Assembly: GCA_900696575.1 (NCBI GenBank)
Contig: CAADHD010000024.1
Coordinates: 36,818 to 100,817, forward strand
Direction: 5' to 3'
DNA length: 64,000 nucleotides
DNA from: an uncultured Bacteroidota bacterium
GTDB taxonomy: Bacteria; Bacteroidota; Bacteroidia; AKYH767-A; OLB10
This document shows, piece after piece, positions 55,668 to 64,000 of this stretch (position 1 is the stretch's first letter; each line of letters starts with the position of its first letter). The notes under the pieces were generated by a model, which was not told where the DNA came from, did no database searches, and saw nothing but the letters and a program-made list of their open reading frames with translations. Made by a program: the position numbers and the translations under genes.

Positions 55668-57791
55668 TTATCTTTCGATACTTAACCGTTTGGAATAATG
55701 ATTTCCGTTGTGGTTAATGTCGAAAAGGTAAATTCCTTTAGCGTTTTCAGAAAGGTCGAAAGTTACCTTTCTTGATTCGGCAGTGTTTATACGGTAAGAA
55801 ATTACAGCGCTTCCTGTAGCATTAAGAACATTTACATAAACAACACCGTTCATAGTTTCGGGAATAATCATATTGATAAGGCCGCTGGAAGGATTCGGGT
55901 ATAAGTTAATGCCGGCAGCTTCTGCATTCTCATTAATTCCAACCAATCCCTGAATGTTGATATTATCAACATAAAGGTTGTTTTCGTAATCGCATATTCC
56001 CCGGAAACGGACAATAGCAGATGATGCAGTCGCATAAGGAGCAAGAGAAACGGTTTCCTGTCGCCATTGCGATGCTGTAGGCACAAACGCAATTTGCGAA
56101 TTGGGAGCAGTAGTAAGCGGAGTACCGAATTTTTTGTACACAGAAGTCCAGGTAGAACCGCAGTTGGTAGAAACCAGAACTTCTAATGTGTCAGAAAATC
56201 CGGTAGCAGAATACAATGCATAGGCCACCCAAAATTTCAATTCAGGATTATTCTGTGTAGCTAAGTTTACAGAAGGCATATCAAACTCATCAATAGCACC
56301 TGCAGAATTGTAATCGTAATAATTCAAAAACATGGAAGCATTACTGGCCTGGCCGGCTGCCATGGTCCGTTCCCACGTATAGCTGCCATCCGGATTATTT
56401 ACGGTATATCCTGCCGGAGGGAATGTTATAGCTTGAAAGTCTTGCTGAATAGGCAATGCCTGACCAATAGCTACATTGCTGAAATTAGAATTGGAAGCAT
56501 CGTTGGAAGCATTCTGGTCGGTTGTGCCATTAGGATTCGTTGTATAGGCATTAAAGGTGTGCACTCCTGCCCCGAAGGTTATGTTGCTTAATGTAACATT
56601 AGCCGTGCTATTGGTAGAAAGGCTGCCTGTCCAGCTATAAGTGTTAACTGTTCCGCCATCAACTTGATAGTTAATAGTAACTGAAGTGAGAGTGTTAATG
56701 CCAAAATTTCTGAGTGTAACCTGAGGAGCAATGGAACTGGCACAAATAGCACCTGAGGGTTGAATAATTGCAGAAATACCGGCATCATTTTGTTGTAAAT
56801 TAACCGGTACACAACCTAGAGAAGACTGCAGCGGCAACCGCGGTCCGCTGAGGGCAGCATTCATCCGGGCACCTTGCCCGAGGGTAAACATGTACATACA
56901 GGGATCGTCAGTATAATCCATGTAGTTCATGGTCAATTCGCCATTCGGACTTGAGCCGGCACCACAGGCGTTGGTATGATGAGGATGAGCAGGGCAACCG
57001 AAATGACTACCATCAGCTGTCGGGGTATCGGCAACCTGATCATTACCACAGTTTGCATCGCCCCATATATGAAACAGATTCAGCCAATGTCCTACTTCAT
57101 GAGTTGTTGTTCGTCCTATATTGTAAGGGGCACCCCCGGGAAACGGGTTTGAAATACTGCCAATGGATGAGTATAAAGACACAACTCCATCCGTATTGGC
57201 TGTTCCTCCCGGAAATTGAGCATACCCAAGCAGCCCACCGCTTAAATTTCCAATCCACAGATTAAGATATTGATCGCGTGGCCAGGCATTGCTTCCGCCT
57301 TGTGCATCAAATTTAATGGCATCATTTAAACCAAAAGAAGCCACTGTTGTCTGCTTGTGGATAATTCCGCTATGAGGATTTCCGTTCGGATCGCGCTGAG
57401 CTAAACAAAATTGAATATTTGTATTACCAACCAGCGATTGAAAAACTGAAGGCACATTGCCGATGTCAGAGTTGGTGGCTGCATAATCTGCATTTAACTG
57501 GTCTATTTGAGATTGCACTCTGGTATCAGGTATATTTTGTGCAGCCGTTTGATAGACCACATGTACCACAACAGGAATTACAATAGGTACTGAAGATGCA
57601 CGGTAATCCGGATTTTGCGAAATGACCTTTGCAGTGTGTTCTTCAATTTTTTGTCTGTTTTTAACAAATTCGGGGTTCTGCATCATTTGCTGATACAAAT
57701 CCATAGTACCGCAAGTGCGGCCGGTTTGTGAATAGGCCATGTTTGTAATAAGGACGATGGTCAGAATGGAAAGTGTAATTTTCAATTTCAT
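55668..57791 (-). CDS. M43 (pappalysin/ulilysin-like) zinc metalloprotease, T9SS type A cargo
   Basis: Propeptide RTCGT cysteine switch, HEVGHWLNLFHIWG zinc motif, Met-turn MNYMDY, CTD INLYPNPSSG...KGIYLF...KRLSIER. Confidence 0.93.
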   Translation of the reverse strand: MKLKITLSILTIVLITNMAYSQTGRTCGTMDLYQQMMQNPEFVKNRQKIEEHTAKVISQNPDYRASSVPIVIPVVVHVVYQTAAQNIPDTRVQSQIDQLNADYAATNSDIGNVPSVFQSLVGNTNIQFCLAQRDPNGNPHSGIIHKQTTVASFGLNDAIKFDAQGGSNAWPRDQYLNLWIGNLSGGLLGYAQFPGGTANTDGVVSLYSSIGSISNPFPGGAPYNIGRTTTHEVGHWLNLFHIWGDANCGNDQVADTPTADGSHFGCPAHPHHTNACGAGSSPNGELTMNYMDYTDDPCMYMFTLGQGARMNAALSGPRLPLQSSLGCVPVNLQQNDAGISAIIQPSGAICASSIAPQVTLRNFGINTLTSVTINYQVDGGTVNTYSWTGSLSTNSTANVTLSNITFGAGVHTFNAYTTNPNGTTDQNASNDASNSNFSNVAIGQALPIQQDFQAITFPPAGYTVNNPDGSYTWERTMAAGQASNASMFLNYYDYNSAGAIDEFDMPSVNLATQNNPELKFWVAYALYSATGFSDTLEVLVSTNCGSTWTSVYKKFGTPLTTAPNSQIAFVPTASQWRQETVSLAPYATASSAIVRFRGICDYENNLYVDNINIQGLVGINENAEAAGINLYPNPSSGLINMIIPETMNGVVYVNVLNATGSAVISYRINTAESRKVTFDLSENAKGIYLFDINHNGNHYSKRLSIER

Positions 57792-57811
57792 AATTTTTTA
57801 GTTTTAAAGTA

Positions 57812-57819
57812 CAAACGTA
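57812..57819 (-). promoter_or_regulatory. Bacteroidota -7 element (TACGTTTG)
   Basis: TAnnTTTG about 20 bp upstream of the protease ATG. Confidence 0.6.
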
Positions 57820-57908
57820 AGTAAAAATCTTTAAGCCAAAAAACAGATATACTTTATATTTTCAAAGCATGATTATGCAGTAATGACTGCATCCTTTTCC
57901 TGTTAACT

Positions 57909-57916
57909 TACATTTG
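57909..57916 (+). promoter_or_regulatory. Bacteroidota -7 element (TACATTTG)
   Basis: TAnnTTTG about 20 bp upstream of the TolC ATG. Confidence 0.6.
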
Positions 57917-57936
57917 CCGTCCCTATTTTAAACCAG

Positions 57937-59364
57937 ATGCAAAGAATTCTATGTGCTATTTTGTTTTTAATCTTTTCGGCCGTTTCAAATTTTTTAAATG
58001 CCCAGAAGGTGTGGACATTACAGGAATGCGTAGAATATGCTTTAAAGAATAATCTTCAGGTAAAACAAGGTGAAATAAGCAGTTCCATTGCCGAAGCCAA
58101 TAAGCAGCAAAGCCTTTTCAGTTTTTTCCCTTCGATTAACGGCAGCGCATCATACAATTACAATACCGGCCGCTCGGTTGATGCATTCACCAATACTTTT
58201 ACTACCCGCTCAAACCAGTCGGCCAATTTTTCAATAAGCTCAGGTGTAACATTATTTAACGGATTTCAATTACAGCATCAATACCGCCAGAGCCGTTCCA
58301 ATCTTAAAGCTTCCGGATATGACCTTGATAAAGTAAGAAACGACATTTCACTGAATGTGGCGGCTGCTTATCTGCAGGCTGTTTATGCCAAAGAAGAAAC
58401 AAAAGCAGCCGAAGACCGCCTTAAATTAGCTGATGAGCAGCTTTCAAAAACTAAAAAATTAGTCGAGAATGATTTACTGGCCAAAGGAAGTTTGCTTGAA
58501 GCAGAAGCACAAATGGCTACAGAGGACTACACCCGCATCACCGCTCACAATGCTTATCAAAATGCAATTCTTACGCTTACTCAGTTAATGAATCTTGAAT
58601 CTGCTGACGAATTTGAAATTGAAGTTCCGAGCATTGACCTTCCCAGACAGGAGATCTTAAGTCTTACATCAGAGATGATTTTTAAAGATGCCATGAACCG
58701 GCAGCCTGAAATTAAAAGCGCAGCATGGAGAACTTTTGCAGCAAAATCAGGCTGGAAAGGTTCTCTTGGCGGAAGATTGCCAAGACTAACATTATTCGGA
58801 AGCATCAGCACGCTTTATTCAAACCAGGCGCAACGGATTAAAGGCGTACCTTTATTTTTAGGTTATCAGCCAACCGGCTCGCTCACCACCGGAGGAGATG
58901 CTGTTTTATCACCATCCTATATTTACGAATTTGAAAAAACACCCTTCTCCGACCAGTTTGATAATAACCTGAGCAAGTCATTCGGATTCAGCTTAAGCAT
59001 TCCGGTTTTTAACGGTCGCAGTACAGAAATGTCTGTCAAAAGATCAAAACTGAATTATGAAAACGCCAGAATCAATCAACAGTTAGTCGAAGATCAGCTT
59101 TACAAAAGCATACAACAGGCACATCAGGATGCTGTGGCGGCATTGAACAAGCTCGAAGCCGCAAAAAAAAGCGCAGATGCACAAACGGAAGCATTAATGT
59201 ACATGGAAAAGAAATACGAAGCAGGCCTGGTTACCTCACTCGAATACAACACGGCACGCAACAATCTTACCCGTGCTCAATCAAATATGCTTCAATCAAA
59301 GTATGATCTGATTTTTAAAATAAAAGTACTTGATTTTTATGCAGGCAAACCTTTGAGTTACTGA
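57937..59364 (+). CDS. TolC family outer membrane efflux protein
   Basis: WTLQECVEYALKNN, two OEP repeats, LSIPVFNG, KYEAGL, KVLDFYAG. Confidence 0.92.
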   Translation: MQRILCAILFLIFSAVSNFLNAQKVWTLQECVEYALKNNLQVKQGEISSSIAEANKQQSLFSFFPSINGSASYNYNTGRSVDAFTNTFTTRSNQSANFSISSGVTLFNGFQLQHQYRQSRSNLKASGYDLDKVRNDISLNVAAAYLQAVYAKEETKAAEDRLKLADEQLSKTKKLVENDLLAKGSLLEAEAQMATEDYTRITAHNAYQNAILTLTQLMNLESADEFEIEVPSIDLPRQEILSLTSEMIFKDAMNRQPEIKSAAWRTFAAKSGWKGSLGGRLPRLTLFGSISTLYSNQAQRIKGVPLFLGYQPTGSLTTGGDAVLSPSYIYEFEKTPFSDQFDNNLSKSFGFSLSIPVFNGRSTEMSVKRSKLNYENARINQQLVEDQLYKSIQQAHQDAVAALNKLEAAKKSADAQTEALMYMEKKYEAGLVTSLEYNTARNNLTRAQSNMLQSKYDLIFKIKVLDFYAGKPLSY

Positions 59365-59365
59365 T

Positions 59366-60718
59366 ATGGCAAAAAAGAAAAACACCTTAAGAAACATCCT
59401 TATATCAGCAGGGATACTGATTGTCGTTTTAACCATTCTGAAATCAACCGGAATAATCGGTGACGATAATTCCATAAAAGTAAGCGCTGAAGAAGCTGCT
59501 GTTCGTACCATATTGGAAACGGTTTCGGCCAGCGGAAAAATTCAGCCTGAGGTAGAAGTAAAAATAAGCGCAGATGTGTCAGGTGAAATTGTAGAGTTGC
59601 CTGTCAAGGTAAGTCAGCAGGTGAAAAAAGGAGATTTGCTATGCAGAATCAATCCGGAAATTTATGTCAGTAATCTGGACCGTATGATAGCTTCTGTCAA
59701 TTCCTCAAAAGCTAATCTTGAAAGTTCAAGACAGCGTCTCCAGCAGGCACTCTCTCAGTTTGAAAAAACAGAATTGAATTTTAACCGGAATAAAAAGCTG
59801 TTTGCAGAAAAAGTAATCAGTGCCTCCGAATTTGAGGCAATAAAATCTTCTTATGAGGTGTCAAAAGCAGAAACAGAATCAGCGCGGCAGGGAGTAAAAG
59901 CAGCAGAATATGGAATAAACAGTGCAGAAGCTGCATTGAAAGAAGCACGAGAAAATCTTAATAAAACAACCATTTATGCCCCTGTTGACGGAACCATTTC
60001 GAAACTGAATGTAACCCGAGGTGAACGTGTACAGGGAGTTACAGGATTTCAAGGAACCGAGCTGATGCGGATTGCCAATCTTAATGAGATGGAAGTACAG
60101 GCCGATGTAAGCGAAAGTGATATTATCAGAGTAAAACTAAACGATACTACTATAGTGGAAGTGGATGCATACCGCGATAAAAAGTTTAAGGGAATTGTAA
60201 CTGAAATAGCCAACTCTGCTGCGATGACCAGCCAGGTTGCTACCGATCAGGTTACAAATTACCCGGTAAAAATCCGTGTGTTGAGAGAAAGCTATGAAGA
60301 TTTGCTTCAGCAACAGACTACACCTTTCCGTCCGGGCATGTCAGCTACTGTTGAAATTCAAACCAAACGCGTAGGAAATGTGATTACTGTCCCCATTCAA
60401 TCCGTAACCATGCGCGATACCAGCGAAACAGGAAAAAACAAAAAGAAACTCGAAACAGAATCTGAATCAACAACCACAAATGAAACTCCTGAAACGAAAG
60501 ATAAAAGAATAGAGTGTATTTTTGTAATTGAAAAGGATCATGTGCGCTTACAGCCTGTTAAAAGCGGCATTCAGGATAATACCTATATTGAAATAAAAAC
60601 GGGATTGAAGGAAAAAGAAAAAGTAGTAACCGGCCCTTTTAATGTAATAAATAAAAAACTTGAGAATGGAGATAAGGTAAAGGTTGTTGAAAAGGAAAAG
60701 CTGTTTGAGCAGCAATAA
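59366..60718 (+). CDS. Efflux transporter periplasmic adaptor (MacA/HlyD-like)
   Basis: TVSASGKIQPEVEVKISADVSGEI, coiled coil, TIYAPVDGTI, FRPGMSATVEI. Confidence 0.92.
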   Translation: MAKKKNTLRNILISAGILIVVLTILKSTGIIGDDNSIKVSAEEAAVRTILETVSASGKIQPEVEVKISADVSGEIVELPVKVSQQVKKGDLLCRINPEIYVSNLDRMIASVNSSKANLESSRQRLQQALSQFEKTELNFNRNKKLFAEKVISASEFEAIKSSYEVSKAETESARQGVKAAEYGINSAEAALKEARENLNKTTIYAPVDGTISKLNVTRGERVQGVTGFQGTELMRIANLNEMEVQADVSESDIIRVKLNDTTIVEVDAYRDKKFKGIVTEIANSAAMTSQVATDQVTNYPVKIRVLRESYEDLLQQQTTPFRPGMSATVEIQTKRVGNVITVPIQSVTMRDTSETGKNKKKLETESESTTTNETPETKDKRIECIFVIEKDHVRLQPVKSGIQDNTYIEIKTGLKEKEKVVTGPFNVINKKLENGDKVKVVEKEKLFEQQ

Positions 60719-60724
60719 TCAAAA

Positions 60725-61411
60725 ATGGCTGTAATCCTTCATATAGAAACAGCGGAAGAAATTTGCTCGGTTTGCGTTGCGGAGAATGGAATTATTATTT
60801 CGCTGGAAGAAGACTCTACCATGTATTCTCATGCTTCATCATTAACCATTCTTATTGAAAATGCAATTAAAAATGCCGGCCTGAAATCTTTAAACGATTT
60901 AGATGCAGTAGCTGTCAGCATGGGTCCCGGCTCCTACACAGGATTGCGAATCGGCACCTCTGCTGCAAAAGGAATTTGTTACGCTTTAAATAAGCCGATG
61001 ATTGCTGTTCCAACTCTGCTTTCTATGGCTGAAAGTTTTAAAGCCGAAAATAATATCAAGAAAGATGACCTAATTGTTCCATGCATTGATGCACGGAGAA
61101 TGGAAGTTTATTATTCGGTTTTCACTTCTCAATTAATGGAAATAGAACTTACCAAAGCAGAAGTGATTAATGAAACAACATTTAGTAATTTGTGTAACTT
61201 TTCCATCGAAGTAAACTTTATTGGAAGTGGTGCTGAAAAAATCAGTACTGTTTATCGTTGTCCGAACTTTAAATACTTCCCAAAACATTATCCAATCGCT
61301 AAAGGAATGGTTAATACAGCATTTCAAAAGTTTAAAAATCAGGCTTTTGAAGATTCAGCCCACTTTGAGCCTTTTTATCTGAAAGACTTCGTTTCGACTT
61401 CAAAAACATGA
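60725..61411 (+). CDS. tsaB: tRNA threonylcarbamoyladenosine biosynthesis protein TsaB
   Basis: ILHIETA, AVAVSMGPGSYTGLRIG, IDARRMEVY, FEPFYLKDF. Confidence 0.95.
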   Translation: MAVILHIETAEEICSVCVAENGIIISLEEDSTMYSHASSLTILIENAIKNAGLKSLNDLDAVAVSMGPGSYTGLRIGTSAAKGICYALNKPMIAVPTLLSMAESFKAENNIKKDDLIVPCIDARRMEVYYSVFTSQLMEIELTKAEVINETTFSNLCNFSIEVNFIGSGAEKISTVYRCPNFKYFPKHYPIAKGMVNTAFQKFKNQAFEDSAHFEPFYLKDFVSTSKT

Positions 61412-61498
61412 TAATTAGTGGTTTTTGTTGAAAAAATAGACAAAAAAATCATCCTTTTGTCGTATATCGCGTAGAATGAATTTTATATAACAACTCCT

Positions 61499-61506
61499 TA
61501 TATTTG
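61499..61506 (+). promoter_or_regulatory. Bacteroidota -7 element (TATATTTG)
   Basis: TAnnTTTG about 45 bp upstream of ATG 61551. Confidence 0.6.
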
Positions 61507-61550
61507 TCCTTGAATTTCACCACCATAGAACTCTCCTAAATTCAAGTAAT

Positions 61551-64000
61551 ATGAAAAAGTTGTTTACGCTGTTAATGCTGGGAATAACCTTCCAGGCAAA
61601 CTCTCAATTCTTAGTAAACACAACACCAAATGCAGCCACCATGGTTACGAATCTTTTAGGGGCCGGTGTAACTGCAACCAGTCCAACTTTGAATGGAGCA
61701 CCTCCCGATGCTTCCGGTACATTTACCTGTACAGGAGGATGTAATCTTGGCTTTGCAAGCGGAATTATACTTACCAGTGGCAGTGCTAATGTAGCTACTC
61801 AGGCAAATAGCGGAACAGGTCAGGGAGCAGCTTTCCCTTCCTCTCAGAATGACCCTCATCTTGCCACTTTGGCAACAGGATCTATCTTTGATGCATGTGT
61901 TTTGGAATTTGATTTCTGGGTTGCTTCCGATCGAATGAGGTTTAATTATATTTTCGGTTCAGATGAATATAGCGACTATGCCAACACAGGTTTCAATGAT
62001 GTATTCGGTTTCTTCCTAAGTGGCCCCGGCATTACTCCTTCTCCAAAAAATATCGCCATAGTTCCCGGTACCCCAAGTACTCCTGTTGCCATCAACAATG
62101 TAAATAATGGTGGACCCGTAGGACATGGCATACCTCCACCGGGACCCTGTATGAACTGTGCTTATTTCCGTGATAACAGCGCTCCGGTAACTTATACCAC
62201 AGCCTGGGACGGAATAACCACATCACTGATGGCTCAGTCTAAAGTTTGCCCTTGCGAAACCTATCATATAAAATTAGCCGTTTCTGATGTAAATGATCAG
62301 GTATTTGACTCAGGGGTTTTACTTGAACAAAATAGCTTCAGTAGTGTAGGACAGGCTGCGATTTATATTAATGGTGTTCAGCAACCAAATAACCAAATCA
62401 TTTACCTGTGCCCGGGTCAGTCTGTTGATTTATGTGTTCTTGATAATCTTACCTGTACAAGTAATTTGAACTATTCATGGAATGGAGGTTTATCAGGAAC
62501 AACTCAATGCATTACAGTCAACCAAGGCAATCTTGCTGCGAATGGTAATTATACTTGTGTTATTACTCACACTGTAAACACAGGTTGCTTTGTGTGGACA
62601 TCATCTGTTAAAGTTATTTACCTTACTCCTCCTCCTGCACCTTCCATCACACCGGGCGGTTCAACTGTAATCTGCCCGGGTGGTTCTGTAAATTTAACTG
62701 CAAGCCCTGCCGGATATAACTACCAATGGTCAACCGGTGAAACAACGCAAACAATTACTGCTTCAGCAATCGGAACTTATACTGTAACGGTAAGCAATCA
62801 ATGCGGAAACACTTCTACTTCTATAACAGTTACAGCAGGCAGCGCTCCGGCAAGCATCAGTGGTGTTACCGCTATTTGCAATGGGGCAAGCACTACTTTA
62901 ACAGCCAATGCCGGTCAGAGTTATCAATGGTCAACCGGGGATGTTACTCAATCCATTAATGTAGGCTCATCCGGAACTTACACAGTTACTGTTACTCAGG
63001 CTGGAGGATGTACAGCTTCTGCTTCTGTAAACGTTACAGTAAACACCTCACCTACTCCTTCAATAAACGGGAACCTGAATATCTGTCCCGGAATTTCAAC
63101 GGTACTTGATGCCGGTGCAGGCTATGCCAGTTATCAATGGAGCAGCGGTGGTTCAATTTCACAATTTTTAAATGTATCAAGTGCCGGAACATACACGGTT
63201 ACCGTTTCGAATGCAGCCGGATGTACCGGAACTGCCAGTGTTACGGTTAATCTAAATCCGGTTCCAAACCCTACAATTACAGGAAATACCACCTTCTGCC
63301 AGGGCAGCAGTTCTACCCTCAATGCCGGTGCCGGATTCTCATCCTACCTCTGGACAGGAGGAAGCACTTCTCAAACTTTGAATGTTACTGCCAGCGGCTC
63401 TTATGTTGTTACCGTAACGAATAGTTCCGGATGTACCGCTTCCACTTCTGTTAATGTTACTGTCAACAACAATCCTTCACCGACCATTGCCGGAACGCTC
63501 GCTTTTTGTTCAGGTAATAACACAACACTTACTGCCCCTGCCGGATTTGCAAATTATCAGTGGTCTAATGGATCTGCAACTTCTTCCATAACGGTCAATA
63601 ATGCTGCTACATATACCGTTACGGTGACCGATGCTAATGGTTGTGTTGGCTCTGTTTCTGCCACTACAGTTGTTAATTCGCTTCCTTCACCTTCCATCAC
63701 AGGAGCAAATTCCATTTGTCAAAATCAGACTACCATTTTTGATGCAGGTATTGGTTATGCAACTTATCAATGGTCAAACGGTGGTTCCGGACAAACGATA
63801 AGCACTGGCACTGCAGGCAACTACGTAGTAACCGTTACCGATGCCAACGGATGCACCGGCTCAGCATCAGTTAACCTTACTGTTAATCCTCTGCCCTCTC
63901 CTTCAATCACCGGAAATACCACCTTCTGCCAGGGCAACAATTCAACCCTTAATGCCGGTGCCGGATTCTCATCCTACCTCTGGACAGGCGGAAGCACTTC
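61551..64000 (+). CDS. Choice-of-anchor L domain surface protein with ~70-aa Ig-like repeats, 3'-truncated (missing from the ORF track because there is no stop in the window)
   Basis: Own translation: MKKLFTLLMLGITFQANSQ signal, GIILTSG, DACVLEFDF, FNYIFGSDEY, FNDVFGFFLSGPGI, TYHIKLAVSD..D..FDSGV, then repeats C.G....L.AG.G...Y.WS.G...Q.......GTYTVTV....GC. Confidence 0.85.
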   Translation, partial: MKKLFTLLMLGITFQANSQFLVNTTPNAATMVTNLLGAGVTATSPTLNGAPPDASGTFTCTGGCNLGFASGIILTSGSANVATQANSGTGQGAAFPSSQNDPHLATLATGSIFDACVLEFDFWVASDRMRFNYIFGSDEYSDYANTGFNDVFGFFLSGPGITPSPKNIAIVPGTPSTPVAINNVNNGGPVGHGIPPPGPCMNCAYFRDNSAPVTYTTAWDGITTSLMAQSKVCPCETYHIKLAVSDVNDQVFDSGVLLEQNSFSSVGQAAIYINGVQQPNNQIIYLCPGQSVDLCVLDNLTCTSNLNYSWNGGLSGTTQCITVNQGNLAANGNYTCVITHTVNTGCFVWTSSVKVIYLTPPPAPSITPGGSTVICPGGSVNLTASPAGYNYQWSTGETTQTITASAIGTYTVTVSNQCGNTSTSITVTAGSAPASISGVTAICNGASTTLTANAGQSYQWSTGDVTQSINVGSSGTYTVTVTQAGGCTASASVNVTVNTSPTPSINGNLNICPGISTVLDAGAGYASYQWSSGGSISQFLNVSSAGTYTVTVSNAAGCTGTASVTVNLNPVPNPTITGNTTFCQGSSSTLNAGAGFSSYLWTGGSTSQTLNVTASGSYVVTVTNSSGCTASTSVNVTVNNNPSPTIAGTLAFCSGNNTTLTAPAGFANYQWSNGSATSSITVNNAATYTVTVTDANGCVGSVSATTVVNSLPSPSITGANSICQNQTTIFDAGIGYATYQWSNGGSGQTISTGTAGNYVVTVTDANGCTGSASVNLTVNPLPSPSITGNTTFCQGNNSTLNAGAGFSSYLWTGGST
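63282..64000 (+). repeat. Near-identical intragenic direct repeat (63282-63370 and 63912-64000)
   Basis: 89 bp with 5 mismatches by manual alignment, offset 630 bp (210 codons). Confidence 0.85.

Noticed and set aside
63282-64000. Near-identical repeat pair as DGR template/variable repeats
   Set aside because: Both copies are in frame within one gene, mismatches are not restricted to adenines, and no reverse transcriptase is in the window.

Overview
Ordinary-looking chromosomal segment of a Bacteroidota bacterium. The assignment rests on repeated TAnnTTTG -7 promoter elements, numerous T9SS C-terminal sorting domains and Bacteroidota-typical families. Housekeeping genes (tamB, mltG, rlmD, pyrH, riboflavin synthase, kdsB, gpmI, ispB-like, tsaB, tRNA-Ser) are interleaved with many secreted/surface proteins (Omp28-like, Ig-like, WD40, M43 protease, PKD giant, choice-of-anchor L), an ECF sigma/anti-sigma/GIN-barrel operon and several sensor kinases. 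I saw no integrase, transposase, prophage, CRISPR array or defence gene. The most interesting signals are regulatory: (1) a small Cys-motif/Pro-Pro-tailed ORF followed by a GC-rich leader with mutually exclusive folds upstream of a secreted WD40 protein; (2) a duplicated ECF-type promoter GTAAC-N16-CCGTCCTA; (3) a divergent HTH/helical protein with CTACT repeats facing two secreted proteins that both lack a T9SS sorting domain. All product calls come from motif recognition by eye; no database search was run.
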